Positions 8,691 to 16,875 of a stretch of 25,859 nt of DNA are shown piece by piece. Both the position numbers and the translations under genes were made by a program. Below the pieces are notes generated by a model. It did no database searches, was not told where the DNA came from, and saw only the letters and a list, made by a program, of their open reading frames with translations. Source of the DNA: a virus. Taxonomy: Duplodnaviria > Caudoviricetes. The DNA lies in IMG/VR virus record IMGVR_UViG_3300025168_000582, positions 1-25,859 of that record. One strand, 5' to 3'. Within the stretch, counting starts at the first letter, position 1; the number at the start of each line of letters is the position of its first letter.

Positions 8691-10667
8691 ATGGACAGTA
8701 GAAGGAACAATAGAATGTACAATACTTTAGATTGGTTAGGGTATAATATAGAAAGTCAAGGCCCAAGTGCTTCTGAGAATGAAGAAATGGGTTCATCTAT
8801 GCAAAACCTTGTACTTGCCCAAGCTGGTAGGATGGCGAGGGATGAAGTAAAAGAAGAGTGGGGAAAACTTAACACTTCCTTAAGCTCTCGTCAAGCCGAT
8901 ATTGACAAAGCTACCTCCGCTTATTCAAGTGGAGATCGTAGCGCACTTGATGTAGGCCTTACTGCTGCTAAAAACACTGTAGGAGGCGTAGGTGACGTAT
9001 TTGGTACAGCAATGTCTATACCCATCCCTGACGTAATAACAGAGCCTATGGGCGCTGCTATGCAAAAGATACCTACGTCAACTCCTGTGGATTCTTACCT
9101 ATCTGAAAAGTTTCCCGATGCTTACAGAATGGCAAGCAATGCTGTTGAAACTGGCTTAGGTCTATTTACAGGTGGTAAAGGAAAACAATTAGTTTCTGGC
9201 CCTACAATAAACCAAGTTGCCCGTAATACTGATACTAAGCTAAAAGGTTTCTATAGTGGTAATCCACTGGCTAAACTTACGGGTGTGGCTCAAGCAGGTG
9301 CTGTTGCAGTAGGTAGGTCAATTAAAGAACTTTTTACACCACAATCTTTAGCAACCTTAAGGCAGACAGGTATATCAGAAGGAATGTTACAACAAAACGT
9401 AAGGCACTTACAGGCTTTAGGTCTAGGTAATAAATTCAATGACTTTGATAAACTAGGCACACAGGTCACTAAATTAAAAGAACAGGCGGCTAACGCCAAA
9501 ACACCTGCTGGAGTTAAATCAGCAAAAGATAAACTAAAAATAGCTTACAATAAAAAGACTGCTTTAGGTAAAGAACTTAAACCGCATTTTAAAAATAAAG
9601 ACAAAATACTTAAGCTTGCTAAAGAAGCGCCTAGTTTTCAAGCAGGTTCCGAAGCTTACCAAGGTTTAATGGACAAACAAACAGGAACGAATAGTCCTTT
9701 AGTTAAAGAATTATTTGGCCCTCAGGTAATGTCCTTTGGAACATTAGGTGGTTCGGGTATGCAAGGTGTGTGGGATTCTGGCGTTACTCGTAATGCTCGT
9801 CCTCCTAGTGCTGCTATAGAAGATGCTTTTCAAAAGCATTTAGTAGAAGCTTGGGGATTAAAGGGAAATACCGATAATGTTCAAATATTAGTTAAGAACC
9901 CTGTTGATCACCACCCTAATATGGGCCATGAGTTAATAACTGATAAGGCAGACGTTAGTCGATTTTTAGGTGTATTGGCTAATGAATTAAAACCTAACCA
10001 TTTATTAGATACTCAGTTAATGGGAGATGTCATGCGTCTAAGAGGCGCCAAAAGTCCTACAAAAAGTGTACGTAAATATGTAAAGTATAATGATATGCTT
10101 GCTGATGGTAAATCTTTATCAAAAACACAACAAGAAAGTTTTGATGTTTTAAACAAACAGATTGATGATCTACCTCCTGCAAAATACGATGCCCAAGAAG
10201 GAGTATGGTATTTCTCAGGTAGTCATAAATCACAAGCAAAAGAACTAGGAGGTATGAACCATTGGGCTGCCTTATCAACTAGACAAAACTCTTATACACT
10301 CGCAGCTTCTGACGCTTCTGATATGTTAGGGGTTAAACCTGTAGGTGGTGCAGACTTACTCACTATTTTTCCTCCTTTGACAGGCTCGTTAGATGATTTA
10401 ATTAAAGACACAAAAAAACCTAAAGGTTATTCAGTTAATGACCCTAACTATGTCAACCCTATATTGAAAGGGTCTGAGGCACTTGAGGCTAAGTATGGTG
10501 TACCTCCTGTTAAACGATTTAATAATGTTAATGCCACAACACAGCAAAGGATGGACGTTATAGAAAGTGTTGCAGGTAAAGTAAAGCCTGAGGAAGCTGA
10601 TTATCGTCAATTAGGAGGTAACTACTCAGGTGCTGGCGCTTTTATAGATAACAAAGAAGACGAGTAA
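8691..10667 (+). CDS. Large hypothetical protein, possibly a virion/ejected protein (start may be 8715)
   Basis: Long open frame continuing the structural operon. AAGGA precedes the ATG at 8715. No domain recognised. Confidence 0.55.
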   Translation: MDSRRNNRMYNTLDWLGYNIESQGPSASENEEMGSSMQNLVLAQAGRMARDEVKEEWGKLNTSLSSRQADIDKATSAYSSGDRSALDVGLTAAKNTVGGVGDVFGTAMSIPIPDVITEPMGAAMQKIPTSTPVDSYLSEKFPDAYRMASNAVETGLGLFTGGKGKQLVSGPTINQVARNTDTKLKGFYSGNPLAKLTGVAQAGAVAVGRSIKELFTPQSLATLRQTGISEGMLQQNVRHLQALGLGNKFNDFDKLGTQVTKLKEQAANAKTPAGVKSAKDKLKIAYNKKTALGKELKPHFKNKDKILKLAKEAPSFQAGSEAYQGLMDKQTGTNSPLVKELFGPQVMSFGTLGGSGMQGVWDSGVTRNARPPSAAIEDAFQKHLVEAWGLKGNTDNVQILVKNPVDHHPNMGHELITDKADVSRFLGVLANELKPNHLLDTQLMGDVMRLRGAKSPTKSVRKYVKYNDMLADGKSLSKTQQESFDVLNKQIDDLPPAKYDAQEGVWYFSGSHKSQAKELGGMNHWAALSTRQNSYTLAASDASDMLGVKPVGGADLLTIFPPLTGSLDDLIKDTKKPKGYSVNDPNYVNPILKGSEALEAKYGVPPVKRFNNVNATTQQRMDVIESVAGKVKPEEADYRQLGGNYSGAGAFIDNKEDE

Positions 10668-10696
10668 AACCTAAGCACAAAAAAGCCCTACCTAAG
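10663..10696 (+). repeat. 34-bp direct repeat, copy 1 (left half of the terminator only)
   Basis: agtaaaacctaagcacaaaaaagccctacctaag, 33/34 identical to 11802-11835. Confidence 0.95.
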
Positions 10697-10705
10697 GAAA
10701 AAAGT

Positions 10706-11779
10706 ATGTCAGCCCGTAATCATAAAAGTTGGTTGAAAACACCACCAGTTGAATATATAAGTAGTGAATGTTACAATAGTCAAAAGATTTATGAAGCAGA
10801 AATAAAAGAAATTTTTGCTAAAGTCTGGATACCTATTATACATAAAAGTGAAATAAAAGAAATAGGTGATTATAGAACATCACAGATTGCATTTCGTAAT
10901 ATACTCATAGTAAATCATGGGGATAGAATTAGATCTTATATTAATTCAGGCATTACAGGTGTGTCGGGTAACACAAACCCTTACGAATTATTAATAAACG
11001 GAACGGAAGAACTATATTGTGAAACAAAACATGGTGGCATGGTATGGGTAACACTAGACCCTAATCCAAGTATGAGTGTCGATGAATGGACTTGTGGTGC
11101 ATTTGATTGTATTACAGATGCTATTGATACAGAAGAACTAGAAGTGTTTCATTACCATAAAGCAATTATTCCAACAAACTATAAACTATGGCACGATACT
11201 AATAGTGAATTTTATCACGACTTCATGCACTACTTTAATAGAGTAACAGGCTTTAATGATGAATATTTTGCTAGAAAGAATATTGCATTTGATAATGGTC
11301 ATGTTAATGTAAGTAGTTTCACAGTAAACTATGGTGAATATGAAGGGGCTGGAGATAGAAAAGCATTAAGTTTTCCAAATTTGCCGCCAAATCAATGGTA
11401 TATGGTAGACTTATTTCCGGGCTTTAACTTTAACCTACGTGGTAGTGCTTATCGTTCAGATAGTGTAACACCACTAGGCCCAAATAAGGTACTGATTGAA
11501 TTTCGTGGTTATGGTTTATTAAAAGACACACCAGAAGAACGTAAGCAACGTATTGACCATCATAACACAATATGGGGGCCATTTGGTCGTAACTTACATG
11601 AAGACTTGTTAGGAGTTACTGGACAAGGAGTAGCAATGGCAGTCGGCACTGAGAAAAGAAATATACTACATGGGCGCCATGAAAATGGAACTATCCATGA
11701 TGAAGTAGGTATGAGGCATTATTATTCTGAGTGGGGTAAATATTTAGGTGTAGACCCAATGAATCCATTGGCTGCATAA
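10706..11779 (+). CDS. msmA: Ring-hydroxylating oxygenase alpha subunit, MsmA-like (methanesulfonate monooxygenase), lacking the Rieske cluster motif
   Basis: Catalytic-domain motifs TNYKLWHDTNSEFYHDFMH, PLGPNKVLIEFRG, HNTIWGPFGRNLHEDLLGV and TIHDEVGMRH match my recollection of MsmA. No CxH...CxxH is present. Confidence 0.8.
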   Translation: MSARNHKSWLKTPPVEYISSECYNSQKIYEAEIKEIFAKVWIPIIHKSEIKEIGDYRTSQIAFRNILIVNHGDRIRSYINSGITGVSGNTNPYELLINGTEELYCETKHGGMVWVTLDPNPSMSVDEWTCGAFDCITDAIDTEELEVFHYHKAIIPTNYKLWHDTNSEFYHDFMHYFNRVTGFNDEYFARKNIAFDNGHVNVSSFTVNYGEYEGAGDRKALSFPNLPPNQWYMVDLFPGFNFNLRGSAYRSDSVTPLGPNKVLIEFRGYGLLKDTPEERKQRIDHHNTIWGPFGRNLHEDLLGVTGQGVAMAVGTEKRNILHGRHENGTIHDEVGMRHYYSEWGKYLGVDPMNPLAA

Positions 11780-11801
11780 AGTTTTTTTTAAAAATTCTTT
11801 A

Positions 11802-11835
11802 AGTAAAACTTAAGCACAAAAAAGCCCTACCTAAG
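11802..11835 (+). repeat. 34-bp direct repeat, copy 2
   Basis: agtaaaacttaagcacaaaaaagccctacctaag, which runs into the complete terminator. Confidence 0.95.
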
Positions 11836-11856
11836 TCTCCTTAAGTAGGGCTTTTT
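11818..11856. terminator. Bidirectional intrinsic terminator between the convergent arms
   Basis: aaaaaagccctac-ctaagtctccttaa-gtagggcttttt: a GC-rich stem with an A-tract before and a T-tract after. Confidence 0.92.
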
Positions 11857-11868
11857 AATGCCTAAGAT

Positions 11869-12090
11869 TTAATGAATGTCAAACCCTGTGTTAGTCTTCC
11901 ATGCAAAGTAATCCTCAGGTCTCATAATCTCCTTAAAGATAGTCTCAATAGCTACGATTAAACGTAACACTTCTGGTGCATCATCCTTATCTCCAAACTC
12001 CATCTCTTCCTTAAGATCACTGTGGAACTGCCCTAAGCAAATAACTGTAATCTGCTCTATGTCTACAAGGTCATTTAACTGTACACTCAT
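11869..12090 (-). CDS. Acidic hypothetical protein (73 aa)
   Basis: The MSVQLNDL start lies immediately after the nrdB stop, and the ORF ends just before the terminator. Confidence 0.7.
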   Translation of the reverse strand: MSVQLNDLVDIEQITVICLGQFHSDLKEEMEFGDKDDAPEVLRLIVAIETIFKEIMRPEDYFAWKTNTGFDIH

Positions 12091-12091
12091 G

Positions 12092-13045
12092 TTACCACCC
12101 CCAAGATTCACCAGACATTCCATCTGCGCTATAGTCCGTCACACGTCCCTCAAAGAAGTTCTTAAAGCTATCACCATTAAGTACCCAATCAAGCCACGGA
12201 AGAGGATTCTCCTGTACGTCCCAATTAGGCTTAAGACCTAGGTTAACTAATCGTCTGTCGGCAATGTATCTGATGTACTCTTTGACTTCACTAGCCGTAA
12301 GACCTTCCACACCTCCCAGTTCAAACGCCAGATCAATAACCTTGTCCTCAAGCTCGACAGCAGTCCTGTACATTTCATAGATAGATAGTTTAAACTTATC
12401 ATCAACAACCTCTGGATTCTCATTAATAAAAGTACGAAACAATTCTGTCATACCTGCGACATGAATAGTCTCGTCCCGTATACTCCACTCTACAATCTCA
12501 CACATACCCTTAAGCTTACCAAAGCGTTGGAAGTTCAAGAGCATTACAAAGGCTGAGAATAGACTCATGCCCTCATTACAAACAGTCTGCGCTAATGCTT
12601 TAGCTAATCCTGCTTTAGTGTCTGGGTCAAAGGTCTGCATAAACTCAAGCTTCTCAGCCATAGCGTCATACTCAAGGAACGCTGTGTACTCAGCCTCAGG
12701 GAAGCCTAGGGTATCGTTAAGCAAGGCGTAGGAGCGCATATGGATAGTCTCTCGCTGTGCAAACGATAACATCATCATACGTGCTTCATTGTTCTTGATG
12801 CGAGGTAGGAACACATCTACGTAAGAACCACCTACGATTACATCAGACTGTGTAAATAGCCTGAGTATCTGAGTGATAAAGTTCTTCTCTTCATTGCTAA
12901 TCTTACCTGACTTCCATTGTGTCACATCTTCCTGTAGGTCACACTCCCACTCACCCCAGTGTAACTTATCATGCTCAATAGATTGCTCCACAAAGCTTGA
13001 GTAGTTAAAGGGCTTATACGCTGGTGATACTGTTAGTAAACTCAT
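12092..13045 (-). CDS. nrdB: Ribonucleotide reductase class Ia beta subunit
   Basis: FTQSD, ETIHMRSY (radical Tyr), EGMSLF, RDETIH and C-terminal NFFEGRVTDYS. All di-iron ligands are present. Confidence 0.96.
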   Translation of the reverse strand: MSLLTVSPAYKPFNYSSFVEQSIEHDKLHWGEWECDLQEDVTQWKSGKISNEEKNFITQILRLFTQSDVIVGGSYVDVFLPRIKNNEARMMMLSFAQRETIHMRSYALLNDTLGFPEAEYTAFLEYDAMAEKLEFMQTFDPDTKAGLAKALAQTVCNEGMSLFSAFVMLLNFQRFGKLKGMCEIVEWSIRDETIHVAGMTELFRTFINENPEVVDDKFKLSIYEMYRTAVELEDKVIDLAFELGGVEGLTASEVKEYIRYIADRRLVNLGLKPNWDVQENPLPWLDWVLNGDSFKNFFEGRVTDYSADGMSGESWGW

Positions 13046-13048
13046 TTC

Positions 13049-14797
13049 TTATCCTTGGCAACTTAAACATTCATCATCGTCTTGTGCAAAGTCTGTTAGG
13101 GCTACACGTGTAGGCTTGAAGCTCACTGTGTCAGCCTTAGAACCTGCGCTAGTCCTTAGGTAATACAAACCCTTAAGCTTCTTATTGAAAGCTCTCAGGT
13201 GTACTTCATTCACATAGGCCTTATCAGTACCAGCAGGGAAGAACAGGTTAACACTCTGTCCTTGGCATATATAAGGCTGTCTACCTGCTGCATGATCAAT
13301 AACCCATCGTTGGTCAAGCTCAAAGGCAGTCTTATAGATTTCCTTATCCCATTCATCCATCCACTCTAAGTGCTGTACGCTGCCCTCGTTAAGTACAATA
13401 GACTTCCATTGTTCCGCTACCCACTCAGGGTCTTTGTTATGCGCCTTAAGCACTTTATCTAAATACTTGTTCTGTACTAGGTGAGCACCTACTCTAGTCC
13501 TGTGCGTAAAGGCATTAGACTTAAGAGGCTCTATACTAGCGGAGCAACCAGCAATAATACTACTGTTAGCATTAGGCGCTATAGCCAGTAAGTGACTGTT
13601 ACGCATTCCTGCCACGTCAGGGCAAGCCCCACGTTCCTCAGCTAAGTACACTGAGGCTGCTCTAGCCTGTGCTTTAATATGTGTAAACATATCAGTATTG
13701 ACTGTAGTAGCCATAGGAGACTCCCACGGGACGCCTAAGCGTTGTAAGGCGCTATGGAACCCCATTGCCCCTAGTCCTAGTGAACGCTCCTGTGTGGCAC
13801 TGTAGACAGCCTTACGTAGCTCCTTAGGTGCATGGAAGCAAAAGAAACTAATTACATTGTCAAGCATAGTAATTAAGTCAGCTACCATAGTGGTGTCTTT
13901 CCACTCTTGATAATACTCTAAGTTAACACTTGACAAACAACAAACTGCTGTACGTTCATCTGACGTAGGTAAGTGTATCTCGTTACACAGGTTAGACCCA
14001 TGTATCTCAAGCCCCTTCTCTTTCATAGATGGTGGCAAGTGTCGATTAGCTTCATCAATAAAGTTTAAGTAAGGCTCACCCGTCCTAAAGCGTGTCTCAA
14101 TTAAACGCTCCCATAGCTCACGTGCTGGTAGTAAGTCACGTACTGTCTTGTCATTAGGGTCTACTAAAGGCCAAGGGTCACCAGCCACTACAGCGTCCAT
14201 GAATCGGTCAGTAATGTTCACTGCATTGTGTAGGTTAAAAGCCTTACGATTAGGGTCACCTCCTGTCGGTACACGAATGTTAATAAACTCAATGATGTCT
14301 GGGTGACTAATGTCCATGTAGGCTGCATAAGAACCCTTACGAGTCTTACCTTGCCTGTAGGCTGTCATGTCACTGTCTACTGTTTTTAAGAAAGGTATTG
14401 GTGAAGGAGCCACATCACTAACGCTACGAATGTCGCTCCAATGGCCGCCCACTCCACCACCTTTAACACTAAGCCATCGTAGTTCTGTCGAGTGTCCGAT
14501 AAGACCATCAAGGTTATCAGGCACATAAGAGAGGAAACAGCTAATAGGTAATCCATTTATCTTTTCCCCCTCCTTAGGGGCATTGCTTAATATAGGGGAA
14601 CTGAACATAAACCAGCCCTTGCTGGCGTAGTCATAGATGCGTTGTGCTAGTTCATAGTCATGCTTACTGAATGCCGTAGCAGCACGTGCATAGGCATCTT
14701 GTGGGTCTTCGCCCTCACGACAGTAGTAGTCTTTAAGGAGCGTATAGGCCTGTTCCGACAGTAACTTGTTACGCTTATAATCAATTGCAATGCTCAT
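13049..14797 (-). CDS. nrdA: Ribonucleotide reductase class Ia alpha subunit, compact and without an ATP cone
   Basis: PISCF, SNLCNEI, AVCCLSSVN, APNANSSII, LYYLR and C-terminal CLSC. Confidence 0.96.
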   Translation of the reverse strand: MSIAIDYKRNKLLSEQAYTLLKDYYCREGEDPQDAYARAATAFSKHDYELAQRIYDYASKGWFMFSSPILSNAPKEGEKINGLPISCFLSYVPDNLDGLIGHSTELRWLSVKGGGVGGHWSDIRSVSDVAPSPIPFLKTVDSDMTAYRQGKTRKGSYAAYMDISHPDIIEFINIRVPTGGDPNRKAFNLHNAVNITDRFMDAVVAGDPWPLVDPNDKTVRDLLPARELWERLIETRFRTGEPYLNFIDEANRHLPPSMKEKGLEIHGSNLCNEIHLPTSDERTAVCCLSSVNLEYYQEWKDTTMVADLITMLDNVISFFCFHAPKELRKAVYSATQERSLGLGAMGFHSALQRLGVPWESPMATTVNTDMFTHIKAQARAASVYLAEERGACPDVAGMRNSHLLAIAPNANSSIIAGCSASIEPLKSNAFTHRTRVGAHLVQNKYLDKVLKAHNKDPEWVAEQWKSIVLNEGSVQHLEWMDEWDKEIYKTAFELDQRWVIDHAAGRQPYICQGQSVNLFFPAGTDKAYVNEVHLRAFNKKLKGLYYLRTSAGSKADTVSFKPTRVALTDFAQDDDECLSCQG

Positions 14798-15014
14798 TTA
14801 TCCACTCCGTTGTTTCTCTTATCCCTTTGAATCCAACGAGGGTGGCTCCAGTTTCAGTATTAATAACTGTAGGTACACTACGTACCTTGTAGTGAATTGC
14901 GGCATCAATATCTTTTCCAATGTCAACCTCTTCGTAATCAACCTCTTCATGGTTAAGAACTGTACTGACTGCTTTGCAAGGCTGACAACCCTCTGTGTAA
15001 AACTTAATTATCAT
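14781..15014 (-). CDS. Thioredoxin/glutaredoxin-like RNR reductant
   Basis: KFYTEGCQPCK (CxxC) and VRSVPT cis-Pro motif, adjacent to nrdA. Start placed at MIIKF after GGAG. Confidence 0.9.
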   Translation of the reverse strand: MIIKFYTEGCQPCKAVSTVLNHEEVDYEEVDIGKDIDAAIHYKVRSVPTVINTETGATLVGFKGIRETTEWINEHCN

Positions 15015-15195
15015 CCTTAGTGCTCCCATGTAATGCTTCGTCATAAATCTTACAAGAACTAATAGCATTACGCTCTGCTTCTGTATAAGTCTTACTCGCT
15101 GAACCTAGATCATATAAAGCCTGAGCCTTATCTAAACTGTCCACACAATCCTGCCTTAGTAGTTCTAACGCTAACCCTCGCACTTGACCTTTCAT
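15004..15195 (-). CDS. Hypothetical protein (63 aa)
   Basis: Fills the gap in the operon, and its start overlaps the lysozyme stop. Confidence 0.65.
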   Translation of the reverse strand: MKGQVRGLALELLRQDCVDSLDKAQALYDLGSASKTYTEAERNAISSCKIYDEALHGSTKDDN

Positions 15196-15635
15196 TAGTA
15201 TTCCTTCTGATATTCACCTGTACGAATCATGGCACAAATCTCAACTGCTCTTTTGCCTACCTGTTTGGCCCATCGACTGTCCATAAACTCGTCTGCTGCC
15301 TCGTCCCACTTATGGTTATAGGAAGCCTGTAGAGCCTTTTCAAACTTACGTAGCCTAGGCATACCTAGGTTAAAGCAAATGTCCACCAAGGCGTCATAAC
15401 GAGCAGGGGAGTGCATGATCAAGTCAATAGTCCATGGAAATGCCATTGATAGTTCTTCCTCTACACGCTCAATGTCATTAGCTAGTAAGTAGGCTATCTC
15501 CCGTTGACTTAAGCCTATGCCTCCATTAGGGTCTATGTTACGTCCTACGCCTATAGTAGTCTTATTGGCTGTGCATTTGTAAGCGTGTGTCTCTACACCC
15601 TCATGTGCTGTAATCATCTTAGCTAGTGGAGTCAT
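15195..15635 (-). CDS. Lysozyme / endolysin (GH24, T4-like)
   Basis: HEG.....YKCTANKTTIGVGRN, FNLG, DSRWAKQVGKRA. Confidence 0.9.
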   Translation of the reverse strand: MTPLAKMITAHEGVETHAYKCTANKTTIGVGRNIDPNGGIGLSQREIAYLLANDIERVEEELSMAFPWTIDLIMHSPARYDALVDICFNLGMPRLRKFEKALQASYNHKWDEAADEFMDSRWAKQVGKRAVEICAMIRTGEYQKEY

Positions 15636-15991
15636 TACTTGTTCCCGTCTATTGGTTCATTGGTGTGCCTAGGTGCTAGAGCAGTCTCTTGTTGTTCTGT
15701 AGCAACAGGGGTGTTCTCTTCAATCAGAAGGTCAAGGTAATGCCTTGCTTTCTTCAAGTCCTCAAGCCCATTCTTAGTACGCCACCTAACGACATACTTA
15801 ACTACGTTACCTTCACAGAAGAATAACCTGTTAGCCTGTATGAACTCTATAGGCTGAATCTTCATGTTCTGGTAGTGACTCCCGCCTACTTGAGACTCAA
15901 GTGCTTTAGGTTCTTCTTCGCTCATTACTGCCTCCATATCTCCAAAATCATCAAGAAAATTATACTTAGGCCAATCTATGATTTTACTCAT
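15635..15991 (-). CDS. DUF3310 protein (T7 gp1.7 nucleotide-kinase-like)
   Basis: QVGGSHY...IQPIEFI....FCEGNVVKYVVR...KNGLEDLKKARHYL. Confidence 0.88.
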   Translation of the reverse strand: MSKIIDWPKYNFLDDFGDMEAVMSEEEPKALESQVGGSHYQNMKIQPIEFIQANRLFFCEGNVVKYVVRWRTKNGLEDLKKARHYLDLLIEENTPVATEQQETALAPRHTNEPIDGNK

Positions 15992-16211
15992 TGTCTGAAT
16001 CCTCTTTTAGTTCATCTGCACTTACACAGTAATAAGAGGTAGTATTTCCTCCGTAGCTTAGGTCACTGTCGTGTCCTCCTAAGTCTTTAGCTATTTTTTT
16101 ACAATTCTTTTTATCGCCTGTTGCAACGATGTTAGTCATGGTAAAACCTTCTGATTCTTTACCACCTTCAATATATTGTTCTTTTATTACATGCCATTTA
16201 ACTTTAGTCAT
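15984..16211 (-). CDS. Hypothetical protein
   Basis: In-operon ORF. GGAGGA precedes the MTKVKW start. Confidence 0.65.
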   Translation of the reverse strand: MTKVKWHVIKEQYIEGGKESEGFTMTNIVATGDKKNCKKIAKDLGGHDSDLSYGGNTTSYYCVSADELKEDSDNE

Positions 16212-16371
16212 TATCTTCATCCTCCTCAGTAAACATATCTAAGTTTTTCATTACCAAGTCTTCGTAACGATCAACTAATGACTCGCTTGTAATGCCTAAC
16301 AGCTCACACAAGAAGTCAACGTCATACTTATTTAATATCTGTTCTTTTACTTCTTCAAAGGTGCTAGACAT
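16204..16371 (-). CDS. Small acidic hypothetical protein (55 aa), not in the ORF track
   Basis: MSSTFEEVKEQILNKYDVDFLCELLGITSESLVDRYEDLVMKNLDMFTEEDEDND*. GGAG upstream, and it fills the gap exactly. Confidence 0.75.
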   Translation of the reverse strand: MSSTFEEVKEQILNKYDVDFLCELLGITSESLVDRYEDLVMKNLDMFTEEDEDND

Positions 16372-16724
16372 TTTAAATGCTCCAGTAACTTATCAATAGA
16401 TTTCATGGTGAAGTGTGCCAGACCTTCTTTGTCACACCACTCACCTAGGTTCATCTTAGAGCCTTTCCTAAGGCGCTTACGTGAATCAGAGAATACAAAT
16501 ATCAATGGTCTATCAATCTCGTCCCTGATAGCTTTGTACTTCTGTGTGTCACCTACTCTAAAGAATCCCTTGCACTCTATCATAGCCCCTGTACGCTCAC
16601 ATATGAAGTCTGGTACGTACTTCTTATGTATCGTGTAAGGTAGCCTATAAGGTTCATACTGGAATCCCGTAGGGCCAACAGCGTCACTAAAGGCACTTTC
16701 AAGGCCTGATCTAAACTTAGTCAT
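16347..16724 (-). CDS. Endonuclease I / Holliday junction resolvase (T7 gp3-like)
   Basis: FRSGLE...YE....Y.....YVPDF......IECKG PD-(D/E)xK motif. AAGGAG precedes the ATG at 16724. Confidence 0.9.
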   Translation of the reverse strand: MTKFRSGLESAFSDAVGPTGFQYEPYRLPYTIHKKYVPDFICERTGAMIECKGFFRVGDTQKYKAIRDEIDRPLIFVFSDSRKRLRKGSKMNLGEWCDKEGLAHFTMKSIDKLLEHLKCLAPLKK

Positions 16725-16737
16725 AAGTCTCCTTAGC

Positions 16738-16875
16738 TTATTTTCTATGTATTTTTCTAAGGAGCTTGTCTTTTTGGTTCTGTATTTCACTACAGCACCT
16801 ACAAGCAGCTTTCTGTGTCTTACGTCCTTTCATGTTTATGTTCCCGCAAGGAAACCAGTGACCTTTACTAGACAT
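16738..16875 (-). CDS. Small basic Cys-rich protein (45 aa), not in the ORF track
   Basis: MSSKGHWFPCGNINMKGRKTQKAACRCCSEIQNQKDKLLRKIHRK*. GAGGA upstream, and it fills the exonuclease-endonuclease gap. Confidence 0.55.
   Translation of the reverse strand: MSSKGHWFPCGNINMKGRKTQKAACRCCSEIQNQKDKLLRKIHRK

Noticed and set aside
738-10278. Short minus-strand ORFs inside structural genes, and the + ORF at 10057-10278
   Set aside because: They overlap longer, well-supported genes almost entirely and show no recognisable motifs.
10706-11779. msmA as a decayed pseudogene
   Set aside because: The frame is intact, the loss is confined to the cluster-binding subdomain, and catalytic motifs and a Shine-Dalgarno are retained. 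This is not excluded without dN/dS.
10663-11835. Flanking repeats as CRISPR repeats, IS ends or integron attC sites
   Set aside because: There are only two direct copies 1.1 kb apart, with no cas, transposase or integrase gene and no attC core structure.
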